Virus record (IMG/VR): IMGVR_UViG_2832702071_000001
Span: 1-64,000 of that record
DNA length: 64,000 nt
Direction: 5' to 3' (one strand)
Origin: a virus
Lineage: Duplodnaviria; Caudoviricetes
Of this stretch, positions 11,993 through 23,442 are shown piece after piece (position 1 is the stretch's first letter; each line of letters opens with the position of its first letter). Made by a program: the position numbers and the translations under genes. Below the pieces are notes generated by a model. That model was not told where the DNA came from. It made no database searches and was given only the letters and a program-made list of their open reading frames with translations.

Positions 11993-13656
11993 TCATTAAC
12001 TTCCTCCTCATTTACTCCTCAATGCTATTCTTGCCTTTTCCCCGTACTCATCCTCGACAACTGTAAGAACGCCGCTTTGGTCTGCCATCTCACGATATAT
12101 TCCCTTGTCAGCATAAAATTCTAATGCTATCTCATACCGTTTGTTTTGTTTTTCTAAGTCGTTTACGTAGCCCATAACAACTTCAACAACGTGTCTACCA
12201 AGCGTGTTCGGAGATAACTTTCTCTTTTGTAGAAACTCATTAAGTTCTCCGTTATATTTTGAAGCGTACTCTAGCTCTTTGGTACGTCGTTCTAACTTCT
12301 GCTTTTCTTCCGCTTGTTGGATAATCCATTCATAATGTGATCTAGTTAGCGTAATTCCTGCATATTCTGCTATTTCTAAATCATCGTTGTGTATTCTTTT
12401 TATTGATTCCAAACGTTCTTGGTTTGTCATTCATCAAATTCCTCCTGCTCATTGTACTTTTAATTTTGGTTTTACGGTGTTAATCTTACTTTCAAGATCT
12501 TTTCTTACTCTACAGCGATAACGCCTAATCTCTTTTAGTTTCTTAGTCTTATGGATATTACCAATTATCACCTCTAATTGTTGAAGTCTATCTCTCCAAC
12601 TGCTTAATACAGGTTTTAAATATGCTAGTTGCTCATTTTGATCTTTGATCTGTCTTCTTTCTCTTTGCAAAACTTGCATTTCTTTCGATATTTTATAACC
12701 GTCTCTAGCGTTAAACTCTGTTAGTTCTAAGAGGTGCAACAAGTCTTGGCATTCCATATCAATTTCACTCAATCTTTCATTATTCTCTTGAAATAGTTCA
12801 GGCAGATCTCTTATTGCATCTCTGATTGTTATTGCGATTTCTTCTAAATCCATGATTATACCTCATTTCATAATTTTATTTATCACTTGTTTAGATATAA
12901 ATTTAGCTAGCCCATCACTTGAATTGTCTCGGATGTGTATCAAGGCTTCTCTGAATTGATTTCTTTGTTTAAATAGTTCTTTATTTTGTTGAATCAACCA
13001 ATCAACATGTCCTTGAATAATTGAAACAGCTAAGTCTGTTTGTTCAAAAAAGTCGTCAGAGTTATAATAACTACTAAGTAATTCATTTAAATTTTCTAAA
13101 CGTTCTTGCTTATCCATTATATATACCACCCCATTTTATTGTCTTATTTGATTCATCAGATAAAAAATTAATTTTATTCCACCAATTATTTATTAATACC
13201 TTCAATTTTAATTCCAAGAGTGTTTAACGTATACTTGATCCCATATTGTTCGATTTTAGTCATACTATCCCTCTGATGATCTTCTTGATTTAAATAATAT
13301 TCACGCCTAGTTTGTAATTTTTTATAATGTTCAAGCAATTTATCTTTAGGTGTTTTCTCTATTTTATAACCATTGATTAATGCGGTAAAGTATTTCTCGT
13401 AACCAGCTTCACTAACATAGTCCACGATATCCCCTGCTAAATCGTTACCTTCGGAGGCATTACTTTCTAATATTTGAATATCAAACAATGGTTTCTTTCC
13501 GTCTACGTTTGTTATTCTGTCAATAGCATTTGCTACTTCTTTTGGCAATTTTACTTTTTCGCTCATTTATTCACCCTTCTTTCAGATAAAATTTAACTTT
13601 TATTTCGTACTTTTATATTAAATTATAATTATATTTTTGTCAACATTAAAATGAAA

Positions 13657-13690
13657 AAAGTTGCAGACATTTTATTTTGCCTACAACTTT
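13657..13690 (-). terminator. Intrinsic terminator downstream of the dUTPase gene
   Basis: Inverted repeat aaagttgcagaca...tgcctacaacttt, followed by a T-run on the minus strand. Confidence 0.6.
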
Positions 13691-13703
13691 AAATATTAGT
13701 TAC

Positions 13704-14138
13704 TTATTGGTGACCGGTGCTTCCAAAACCATTTCTATCTTTATTATTTAGTGCTTCAACTTCAATCAAATCAACATTTTCCATCTTCTTCATAATTCTA
13801 AATTGACAGATACGATCATTCTTTTTGATTTCAGTATCCCTCATGGCATAAGCAGGAAATAGCCATTGATCGTTATCACCTTTGTATGACTCATCAACAA
13901 CACCCATCGAATTTGTTTCAATAATTCCCCACTTTTTAAATGTACTTGATCGTGGTACAATATGTGCTTCATATCCGTCTGGTAATTCCATAGCCACGCC
14001 AAGTGGTATTAATTTAAATTCATCTTTGCATAGTTTAACATCTTCTGCTGCACGAAGATCAATCCAGTCACCCTGATCGATTTTATTTAACTTGATAATA
14101 TCCTTATTAAAATATTTAATTCTAATCTGTAAGCTCAA
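13704..14138 (-). CDS. dut: dUTPase (trimeric; YosS/YncF-like)
   Basis: Motifs [33 protein letters not shown]. Likely TTG start at 14138 (ORF track starts at 14255). Confidence 0.93.
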   Translation of the reverse strand: MSLQIRIKYFNKDIIKLNKIDQGDWIDLRAAEDVKLCKDEFKLIPLGVAMELPDGYEAHIVPRSSTFKKWGIIETNSMGVVDESYKGDNDQWLFPAYAMRDTEIKKNDRICQFRIMKKMENVDLIEVEALNNKDRNGFGSTGHQ

Positions 14139-14157
14139 ATTATTCATCTCCCAATTA

Positions 14158-14676
14158 TTATTTATGTGTCTCTGGTGCTTTAACGACAACATTATCTCGC
14201 AAACTAGCTTTAACATCAATAATTCTTTGATTAGTTGAACCATATTTATGACCATCTACATGTAATTCTTTAATATATTTCCCATCTATAAGAATATCGA
14301 TATAAGGCAAAGCTCTGTTTAATATCTTACTGTTGGTAATTTGTTCCCACGTATACCCAGTCCAACAAAGAACTTTTGTTGATGGTCTCTTCTTAAGAAT
14401 GCTCTCAAGTATCTCTTTTGTGTCGTTTACGTTATAAGGGGCTAATGGGTCTCCGCCAAGTAATGATAGATCTTTTGGAAAATATTCATCCAAAGCAACC
14501 AATGTCTCATTAATAACAGACTGATTATCAATTTCTAACGAGTAATCTCTTTCCCAAGTTTCGCTATTCCAACATCCATCACATCTATGGCTGCAACCAT
14601 TGAACCAAAGGCTTGTTGCATACCCCCAATATGTATTTTCGATATCTATATGTTTAATTTGATGTAATCTTGCCAT
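14158..14676 (-). CDS. nrdG: Anaerobic RNR activating enzyme (radical SAM)
   Basis: [11 protein letters not shown] (CxxxCxxC), LLGGDPL, GSTNQR. Confidence 0.93.
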   Translation of the reverse strand: MARLHQIKHIDIENTYWGYATSLWFNGCSHRCDGCWNSETWERDYSLEIDNQSVINETLVALDEYFPKDLSLLGGDPLAPYNVNDTKEILESILKKRPSTKVLCWTGYTWEQITNSKILNRALPYIDILIDGKYIKELHVDGHKYGSTNQRIIDVKASLRDNVVVKAPETHK

Positions 14677-17600
14677 TATTTAACCCTTCTGTTTTATGTT
14701 TTATTCTGTCTCTTATCTCTGCTTGCTTGCCAATGTTGTATCTACTATCCCCTTTAATTTTGCCAAAAGATAAATATCCACACACCCTTGAAACAGATGT
14801 TATATTTTCACTTCCACATTTGGGGCAAGTTTCAAAGTCTCCTTGATGTTGACAATCATTACATGTTGCCGATACTACATTAACTCCGTAGTATAAGCCC
14901 TGTTTCATTGCATAGTCTACTGATTGTTTCAATATATTGTTGTCTACTCCATATGGGAACTCACAATAAGAAATTCTTCCCCCAGTAGCTATGTAATGGA
15001 ATGGTGATTCTAAGTATATTTTTTCAGGAACGGAAATATCTTCAGTGACGTGCTGATGGAAAGAATTGGTCATATACTCACGATCAGTTACATTTTTTAT
15101 TTCTCCATATTGTTTTTTATTTAGCTTATTAAACCTATAAATCAATGATTCCCCCGGAGTGCTGTAAACTGAAAAAAGCTTGTTGTATTTAACGCTATTT
15201 TCATCTGTGATTTTTTTCAGATGTTTCACCACTTCTAACGCAAAATCAGTATGATGTTTTAAACTTTCTTTAAAGAAAGATTGACATACTTCCTCTAACC
15301 CTATATATCCTAATGACATAGTTGATGCTTCAATGATTGGTTTGATTGGCTCATCGTAACCAACACTCATCCATGCCCCACCTTCACAGAACATCAACGG
15401 ATTAGTAGACCCTTTTATTTTTGACATTTCCTTAAATGTATCTAAATGTATATCAATTATCATTTTTGAATAATGATCGATTAAATTATAAAATTTATAT
15501 ACATCTCCATTTGATTCGATAGCCATTTTAGGCAAATTCAATGTAACGACACCTAAATTGCTACGACCAGTATATACCTCTTCTTCTGTTTCTGGGTGAT
15601 AGAACGGTGATAAATACGATCTACACCCCATTCCAGTTACAACCTTGCCAGATCTTTCATATATTGTTGCCAAATTATTATTTTCTGAATTGTTTAAGCT
15701 TAAATAATCTGGATAAAGTCTTTTCTTACTACACTCTATTGACTCTAAATATAAATCATAGTTAGGAGATCCTTTGACACCATTTACCTCATCTCTATGC
15801 GTGAAAACAAGTTTTGGGAAAACGGCGGTTATTCTATTTGACCCCATTCCCTCTTTCCTTGTTTTTAATATTGTAGAAGTAACGGTTCTTCCCCAATGAC
15901 TTGTGTTTAAGCCAAAACTTATTGTTACAAACGGAATTTGCATTCCTAATTTACATTTCTGTAAGTGTAGACTATATCTTTACCATACATTATAAAATGC
16001 TTAGGTAGACGGCGCTTCCCTATTAGGATTTTCACCTAATAAGTACGGATTTCATATGCCCTGACAGGCTCGTATATCCTAGTCGTTACACCTTCTAAAA
16101 AATCTCTTCTTTAGCTTGGCACGATATTGTCATTGAGCAGGTTGACAACTATTTATTAAAGTAAGAAAACATATAACCCTTAAAAACACACTTTCCGTTA
16201 TTTTCACGCAACTTAAGTGCTAAATTTGAGTAAGATTTATAATTTATATCTAAACAAGCCTGCTTGATTGATGGATATTTTTTATTTAATGTTTCATTTA
16301 AAATAATAATTCCTTTTTTATTAGAGTCGTAATCAATATCAAAAACTTTATCTTTATTTTCAAATGGGACTAAAAAGAATTTGTCAGTTTTATAATATCC
16401 ATATTTGATCAAGTAGTTATTGATGGTTGATACCTCTAATTTAAAATAATCACGAGCTTCTACATATGAGTTAAAAACAATGCCTGATTTTTTGTCTATC
16501 ATCTTTTTTGTTCGGTTGCGGAATCGTTTTTTATCTATACTACCATCAACATAATCAAAAATATATCCACCAGTAGATCCTCTGTCACCCCTGCATACAG
16601 CAGCTATTTTTGATATACTTAAACCAAGATCGCTAGATGCATCAGTAACGCTTTTATATGTTTTATTATTATTAATACACCTAACTTGCTTTCTACGAGC
16701 GCTTGGTTTCCCATAAGAGTGATTTAGCTTTCCTTTCTGAGATCTACTTATCTTCATTTTTATCATATCTGGAAGTTTCTCTTTCGCCCCACCATACTTG
16801 ATGTTATACCCTTTCTGTGAGCATAGAGATTTGAATTTTTTAATATAAAAAGCCTCTTTTTTATTTAAATCTTCCCTTGATTTTGCAGTATCAATTATTT
16901 CCCACTCAAAATTATCAACACCATATTTTGCGATTGCTTTATGTATAGGGTATTTAATGGCAGATTTATATTCTCCTAAAGCAGTTGCAATATGAGATTT
17001 TTTTCTTTTATGAAAATCACTCGTTGTTTGACCTATATAAATTCTACCATTGATTTTATTTTTAATTTGATAAATTACCATTTAATCATCCTGCTCTTTA
17101 GATTTCATCGTTAGCGTGCTATTTGAGCACACACCTTATATTTATAAGTTCACCATCTTTAACTTAAAAAGTTTCCTAATTAAGTGAGCCAAAATTAACC
17201 CAAACTATTACTAACGCTGTTGAGCTTAGTTTCAAATCCTTGATAACCTTGCTCTATTTCTCTTGTGGTCATTTCTTGTGCCATTTCATCTGCCTGTTCA
17301 CCGACAATGCCTTTGTTTTGTAGGTAACTTAGATACTTTTCATAAGACATTTGTGCATATTTAGTTAATACTGAATCGATAGCTGGTATTGAAAAGCCGC
17401 CATATTGCTGGCTTGACACACTTAAGGTAATATCACCTATAACAGACCACGCTGTATCTACTGACTTAGGCTCAATATATCTAGATCCATTCATTTCAAA
17501 TCCGCCATCCAATAAGTTTTCCATATCAAATAAACAACAATTTAACTGATTTAAATACCTATTCGGCAAATCATGTATATGTATCCAACCTTGATCATGT

Positions 17601-18046
17601 GCTTCAACCCACTCAGGTTTCAATTCAAACTGTCTCATAAACTCACGCATTATACTTTCCGATATTAAGGCTTGCTTAGTTGAATTTAAAGAAGAATCCT
17701 TGTTTGCATTCTCTTTATCTCCATCATAAACAATACGATTAGAATTACTCGCTGCGTTTTTAAATGATTCGCTGTATCTTTTCTTATAATTTCTAAAAGA
17801 TTTATACTCTAATGCAACAGAAGAGTTGTAGAGAGATAAACCCTCTATAACTAAATCATGTATTTTGTTTGTTGATATTTTTTCTTCTTTTACCTTATCT
17901 TCTACATATTCAATTACAAGATTAATTTGTTCGTCTGTAATTGAAGAGTTTTTACACCTGTTACTTGATTTATGTATAGCATTGATAATCTTACTTCTAT
18001 CCCAAGGAATTTCATTGCCATCTTTTTTTATTACAGTTGTAATAAT
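14654..18046 (-). CDS. nrdD: Class III anaerobic ribonucleotide reductase, two exons (about 18046..17198 and 15940..14654)
   Basis: Frame continues upstream of the track ORF to an ATP cone (TVIKKDG..PWDRSKI), with ENANKDS, IHIHDL and LNCC. Spliced junction SLG|QIPFVT; MGCRS, a Zn site and the RVCGYL glycyl-radical motif. Start appears to be ATT. Confidence 0.92.
15941..17197 (-). ncRNA. Group I intron in nrdD (1257 nt) carrying a homing endonuclease
   Basis: Exon ends GGU; P1 pairs UGGGU with GCUCA. R-like GUAACGACUAGG and S-like AAGAUAUAGUCU elements are present, with a terminal G before CAA (Gln). Confidence 0.9.
16149..17081 (-). CDS. Intron-encoded GIY-YIG homing endonuclease with NUMOD repeats
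   Basis: VIY..KNKINGRIYIG and GYN motifs; NUMOD3-like ISRSQKGKLNHSYGK and NUMOD1-like YKSVTDAS repeats. Confidence 0.9.
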   Translation of the reverse strand: MVIYQIKNKINGRIYIGQTTSDFHKRKKSHIATALGEYKSAIKYPIHKAIAKYGVDNFEWEIIDTAKSREDLNKKEAFYIKKFKSLCSQKGYNIKYGGAKEKLPDMIKMKISRSQKGKLNHSYGKPSARRKQVRCINNNKTYKSVTDASSDLGLSISKIAAVCRGDRGSTGGYIFDYVDGSIDKKRFRNRTKKMIDKKSGIVFNSYVEARDYFKLEVSTINNYLIKYGYYKTDKFFLVPFENKDKVFDIDYDSNKKGIIILNETLNKKYPSIKQACLDINYKSYSNLALKLRENNGKCVFKGYMFSYFNK

Positions 18047-18081
18047 ACCACTTCCTCTTGATTATTTTATTTATAAGGAAA

Positions 18082-19053
18082 CTACATTACTTCATAGTCA
18101 TAGTCTTCATCACTCATAGATTCAACTAGAGATAATAAATATCCATTGCCAACTTGCGAGAAAAAATCTTGATTGGCTGTTCCTGTTGATAAGCCATTTA
18201 ATACTATTGGGTTAACATCTTCTTGATTAACATCAAATAAAGGATCTAAACCAAGATTCATTAGTGCTTTATTCATATTGTATTGGACAAATACTTTAAC
18301 ATCTTCTGTCCATCCAATCTCGTCGTATAACATTTCAGTGTACTTAACTTCATTGCTATATAATTCATAAAGATATTTATACACCCATGACTTAAACTCA
18401 GTTTTCTCAAGTTCACTTAATTCATTGAATGCTAACTTGAATTTATAACCAATATATGTACCATGTACAGATTCATCTCGTAAAATTAATTTAATAACCT
18501 CTGCTACATTAATTAACTTGGAATTTCCTAAATAATATAATGGGGTATAGAAACCAGAATAAAACAACCCACTTTCTAAAAAAACAGAGGCAACTTTCTT
18601 CTGTAAAGACGTTCCGTTTTCGTATACCTCGCCAATTAATTTTGCTTTCTTCTGCATAAACTTATTTGTTTTAGTCCAGTGAAATATTTCTTCAATTTCT
18701 CTTGGAGTGTTTAACGTACTAAAGATAGAACTATAGCTTCTAGCATGTTCAGATTCCATGAATTGAATGTTATTTAAAACATCAATCTCAATATCTGTTC
18801 TAGTATCACCTCTGATGGCATCAATGCCACTTCGAGATTGTAGGGTATCCAATAGTGTTAAACCACCAAACACTTTCTCAACTAGTCTTTTCTCTTTATC
18901 GGGTAAATTTCTCCAATCATCTAAATCTTTAGATACTGGCATTCGAGTCGCCAACCAAAATTGGCTAGTTAATTTTTCATATGTTATTTTGTCTACCATG
19001 TCCTCAATCGAGTTCCAGTTAATTGCTTCAAAATTATTCAAATAGGCACTCAC
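18082..19053 (-). CDS. nrdF: Class Ib RNR beta subunit
   Basis: Motifs GLTLLDTLQ, ESEHARSYS, FYSGF, DESVHG. Confidence 0.96.
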   Translation of the reverse strand: MSAYLNNFEAINWNSIEDMVDKITYEKLTSQFWLATRMPVSKDLDDWRNLPDKEKRLVEKVFGGLTLLDTLQSRSGIDAIRGDTRTDIEIDVLNNIQFMESEHARSYSSIFSTLNTPREIEEIFHWTKTNKFMQKKAKLIGEVYENGTSLQKKVASVFLESGLFYSGFYTPLYYLGNSKLINVAEVIKLILRDESVHGTYIGYKFKLAFNELSELEKTEFKSWVYKYLYELYSNEVKYTEMLYDEIGWTEDVKVFVQYNMNKALMNLGLDPLFDVNQEDVNPIVLNGLSTGTANQDFFSQVGNGYLLSLVESMSDEDYDYEVM

Positions 19054-19060
19054 CTTTCAC

Positions 19061-21253
19061 TTATATACTACAAGACTCACATTGATTCACGCCTACTTCG
19101 TCACCATCGTCAGTATATGTTCTAACATAATATATAGATTTAATACCTTTAGACCAAGCATAGTTACGTAATTTGTTTAAGTCCCTAGTTGTTTTTTTAG
19201 TTTTGTGTTTACTATTTTCTTTCCAATCGTATAGACCATCTGGTATTTCAGACTGTATAAATAACGTCATACTTAATCCTTGATCTACATGTCGAGTTGC
19301 GGCAGCGTAGACATCAATCATCTTGCGCATGTCAATATCATACGCAGATTTGTAGTAAGGAAGTGTTTCATCTGATAAATAAGGCGCTGGATAATAAACT
19401 TTTCCTGTCTTGCCTTCTAAACGTTCTTCAATCCTACTTATAATAGGGTGAATACTAGCTGTAGCTTCATTAATATAACTAATGCTCCCAGTAGGTGCTG
19501 TGGCAAGTCTGTATGAATTATAAAGACCATAATGTTGAATGTTTTCTTTCAACTCAACCCAATCTTTTTGCGATGGGATAAAGATGTTTTTGAACAATTC
19601 TTTCACCTTGTCTAATTTTGGCTTCCAATCCTTATTGATATATTCATCAAAATACTTACCATTAGCATAATCAGATTTATCAAATTCAAAGAAAGAAGTC
19701 CTCCTTTCTTTAGCTATCTTATTACTTTCATACAAAGTCCAATAATTTAATAATAAAAAATAAATACTGGTAAATTCTATAGACTCAGGTGATCCGTATT
19801 CAATCCTGTTCTTAGCCAAGAAACCGTGAAGATTCATCGCCCCTAGACCAACAGAGTGGTATAGATCATTACCATTCTTAACAGATGATACCGTATCTAT
19901 AGATGAACTGTCAGAGATTTGATTTAATGCTCGTAACATAACTCGTACAGACCTGCCAAAATCGGGTGACCCCATAAGATTTGCTATATTAGTAGATCCT
20001 AAATTGCAACTAATATCGTTTCCTAAAAAATCATAAGTTTGGTCATTATTAATTTTCGATTCTTTTTGCACTTGGAATATTTCGGTACACAAGTTGCTCA
20101 TGATAATATCACCATGAACAGGATTAGCGTTATTTGCATGGTCAATATTTATAACATAAGGATATCCAGATTCGTCTTGTAGCTTACTAATCTCTGTTTC
20201 CAAGTCTCTTGCGTGTATTTTTGATTTTTTAATATTTGGATTATTGACCATATTTTCATATTCTTTTGTAATATTCACATGTGAAAAAGGTTTCCCATAT
20301 TCTCTCTCTACATCATAAGGGCTGAACAGATACATCCAGTTATTGTATTTGATTAATTCGTAAAATTTATCTGGTACAACGATTCCTAAAGATAATGTTT
20401 TTATCCTGATCTTTTCATCTGCATTTTCTTTACGAACAGATAAAAAATTCACAATGTCGGGGTGAAAAACATTTAGGTATACAACACCAGCACCATCCCT
20501 TTGACCTAGTTGGTTGGAATATGTAAAAGCATCTTCGAACATTTTCATCACAGGGACTACACCGCTTGCAGAATTATCAATCCCTTTAATTGGATCACCA
20601 CTACAACGTAAATTAGATAGGTTTAATCCTACACCACCACCTAATTTAGACAATTGCAAAGCAGAGTTAACAGTTCTCCCGATAGAATTCATATCATCAG
20701 AGATAGATAATAAAAAGCAACTGACCATCTCTCCTCTTCGTTTTTTACCTGAGTTAAGAATTGTTGGTGTTGCTGGCACATATCGCTGTGTTATTAGTTC
20801 CTCTGCTAAATCCATCGCCATTTCTTTATTACCATCTGCTATATAGAGTGCGTTAAATGCTAGTCTATCTTCAAACCTTTCTAAATAACGTTTTTTGTCT
20901 GTGGTTCTTAAGGCATATCTATTATAAAATTTATAAGCCCCCATAAAAGATCGAAATCTAAAATCTTTGTCGTATATATGTTTAAAAACCTTCTTAATAA
21001 ATTTCATGTCGTACTTATTGAGAAACTCTTCTTCTATGTATCCATTCTCAATAAGATACTCTAATTTCTCCTCCAGTGAGTGAAAGAATACAGTGTTTGG
21101 ATTAACGTGCTCTAAAAAATATGCTTTGGCTGCCTCTTCGTCTTTGCCTAACTGTATCTTACCGTCCTTGGGTATATTCAGTTCATTATTTAATCTAAAG
21201 TAAGTATCGTCTTGTTGCTTTCTTTGCAATTCAGGTTGTTGCAATAATATCAA
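19061..21253 (-). CDS. nrdE: Class Ib RNR alpha subunit (uninterrupted)
   Basis: Motifs PATPT, VSCFL, SNLCTE, APTGSISY and C-terminal CESC. Confidence 0.96.
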   Translation of the reverse strand: MILLQQPELQRKQQDDTYFRLNNELNIPKDGKIQLGKDEEAAKAYFLEHVNPNTVFFHSLEEKLEYLIENGYIEEEFLNKYDMKFIKKVFKHIYDKDFRFRSFMGAYKFYNRYALRTTDKKRYLERFEDRLAFNALYIADGNKEMAMDLAEELITQRYVPATPTILNSGKKRRGEMVSCFLLSISDDMNSIGRTVNSALQLSKLGGGVGLNLSNLRCSGDPIKGIDNSASGVVPVMKMFEDAFTYSNQLGQRDGAGVVYLNVFHPDIVNFLSVRKENADEKIRIKTLSLGIVVPDKFYELIKYNNWMYLFSPYDVEREYGKPFSHVNITKEYENMVNNPNIKKSKIHARDLETEISKLQDESGYPYVINIDHANNANPVHGDIIMSNLCTEIFQVQKESKINNDQTYDFLGNDISCNLGSTNIANLMGSPDFGRSVRVMLRALNQISDSSSIDTVSSVKNGNDLYHSVGLGAMNLHGFLAKNRIEYGSPESIEFTSIYFLLLNYWTLYESNKIAKERRTSFFEFDKSDYANGKYFDEYINKDWKPKLDKVKELFKNIFIPSQKDWVELKENIQHYGLYNSYRLATAPTGSISYINEATASIHPIISRIEERLEGKTGKVYYPAPYLSDETLPYYKSAYDIDMRKMIDVYAAATRHVDQGLSMTLFIQSEIPDGLYDWKENSKHKTKKTTRDLNKLRNYAWSKGIKSIYYVRTYTDDGDEVGVNQCESCSI

Positions 21254-21599
21254 TCTCCCTTATTATTTTTGATACATCGTTAGCACTTCCATTTTTCTCG
21301 AAATCAGCTAATAAAGGTACATTATATCTTTTAGATATATCTTTTGCGGTGAATATATAATCTTCATTAAAATTAAACTCACCGCTACCTATAACGCCTT
21401 TAAAGTTCGCTATGTCGTTACACTCTATAAATTCATACATAGGTTCAGTTGCCTCATATTCATATGTAGGGGCTATCAATACGTAGTTTCGATGTATTCT
21501 CTTAAAAGGATTTGTACTATTGATCTCTAAAGATTCATATTTCAACTTTGACACAAATTCTTTTACGTTTCCTGTAAGCGAATAATAAACAACTAGCAT
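21231..21599 (-). CDS. nrdI: NrdI flavodoxin
   Basis: Motifs YYSLTGNV, PTY, GVIGSG; lies upstream of nrdE. Confidence 0.9.
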   Translation of the reverse strand: MLVVYYSLTGNVKEFVSKLKYESLEINSTNPFKRIHRNYVLIAPTYEYEATEPMYEFIECNDIANFKGVIGSGEFNFNEDYIFTAKDISKRYNVPLLADFEKNGSANDVSKIIREIDIIATT

Positions 21600-21832
21600 C
21601 TTAAGTTAATCATTTCTTTTAACTTATCTAGGTTAAACCCTGAAAATGGTTCATACCCTTGTTTCGTTATAACGGGTGTTGATGTAAATCCTAGTGATTT
21701 AATATACTCTAATGCGTCTGCATCATCTTCTACATTGACAGACTCGTATTCTGCACCTTCCCCATCTAACATTGTTTTTGTTACTTCACATTTAGGGCAG
21801 TTGTATTTAGTGTAAACAGTAATTTTCGACAA
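21593..21832 (-). CDS. nrdH: NrdH-like glutaredoxin
   Basis: YTKYNCPKC (CxxC), TPV, SGF. Confidence 0.9.
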   Translation of the reverse strand: MSKITVYTKYNCPKCEVTKTMLDGEGAEYESVNVEDDADALEYIKSLGFTSTPVITKQGYEPFSGFNLDKLKEMINLRC

Positions 21833-21846
21833 TGTATCTCCTCCTT

Positions 21847-23442
21847 TTATATTAATTTATAATCATTAACAAATAGCTGTATTGTTTTCTTTTTATTCCA
21901 TTCATTAATATTCAATGTTCCTATAATGCTCACTACATCAAACTCTCCCACTTCTTCTGCATAAATCGGATCATTAAACTTCATAATTTCCAGTTTATCT
22001 GACTTTAATTTAACATGTTTTTCTCTATCTTTAGGGAATAAACCTCTTTCATGAATAAAAATATCATCAATTTTTACTGTAATTTGTGGGCTACCATTCC
22101 CATAAATTAAGTCAAATTTCATGACATCCTCTACTAAATTAGTAGTAATATCTTCTTCATTTAATGATAAATCATAATGAATAGTTGGTTTAAATAATTC
22201 TCTATCAATATTTTCATTAATGTATTTTTTAAATTTATCCCAATTCTCATGTGTTATCTTGCATCCACCTGCTGGACTATGACCTTCTGCATACTCGACA
22301 TATGGGCATTCTCGTAGGAATGTTTGTAAGTCAAAATTATTGTACGATCTATAACTACCCTGATAAGATTCGCCATCATCCTTTAAAATTAACGATGGTT
22401 TCATATACTCTGAAGCAAACTTTTGAGCAACTAGACCATTATAATTTTTCTTAGCATCGTTTTTGGTCACTAAAACAAATGCCTCATCTTGCATAATACT
22501 TTCATATTCTTCAAACAAATGTTTAACTTTCTCTTTTCTCTCTTCATTCTCTTTGACTAGCCACTCAGCCATTTTTTTAGCTTTGAAATAATCTTCTTCA
22601 CGTAATATTCTAAAAGCCTTATGCATCTCATTGTTTCTTGTTGTTGTGTTTAAAATTGGAATAATACTATAATTCATAATAGAAGCATTCAATTCTTTAT
22701 TGCTATTTTTAGTTGCGTTAATCAAAGCTAATAGCCCTACATTGCAAATATTAGATAAACCTTTTTTAACAAAATACCTATTCTCCATGCTATCCATTCT
22801 CATCTGGTCACTAAGTAAGCTTGTTGCAACTAAATCTAAATAATTATTAATTCTTACTTTTTTATAGTTGTAATCAAGCAGCTCAATAAATCTAAATACC
22901 ACACCTGAACCAGATATATATTTATTCTTATATTTACACCCTTCTTGGTTTGGGTTTACCAATATGGCATTTAATTTCTTATCCGTTTTAGCAACATTGT
23001 GGTGGTCAAGAATGACAACATCCATATCTTCAGCTAGTGTATTTACATTACTAACTTCTGATGAAGAAGAATCAACGATTATTAATAGATCTACATTTTT
23101 ATCGATATCATCTTTATCAATCCCATGACCAGTTGACCTCTCACGATAAGTAAACGATACGTTTTCTGTTAATTTTCTTAAGTAATCATAAATTAAGATT
23201 GTAGCAATAATTCCATCTGATTACGGATCAGGGTCGGCAAATATAACAATCTTTTCACCATCCCTGATAGCTTGCATCACCCTCTCTTTGGCTTTTTTAA
23301 TATTAAGTAATTTTAAAGGTGATTCTACGTGGCTACTGCTGGGTGACAAAAAATCGCCAACATCTTTAATGTTTCTGATATTAGCGATATATTTAAGCAA
23401 GTCGCCATCATAAGCAAGATTACTTCTTTTTATCCATTCTAT
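21847..23442 (-). CDS. recJ: RecJ-like DHH ssDNA exonuclease (YorK-like), interrupted by one in-frame TAA at 23221-23223
   Basis: One frame runs from ATA 23442: IVIFADPDP*SDGII, GHG, LLIIVD, ILDHH, GSYRS, GHSPAGG. The stop-containing 6-nt insert is the only lesion seen. Confidence 0.85.
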
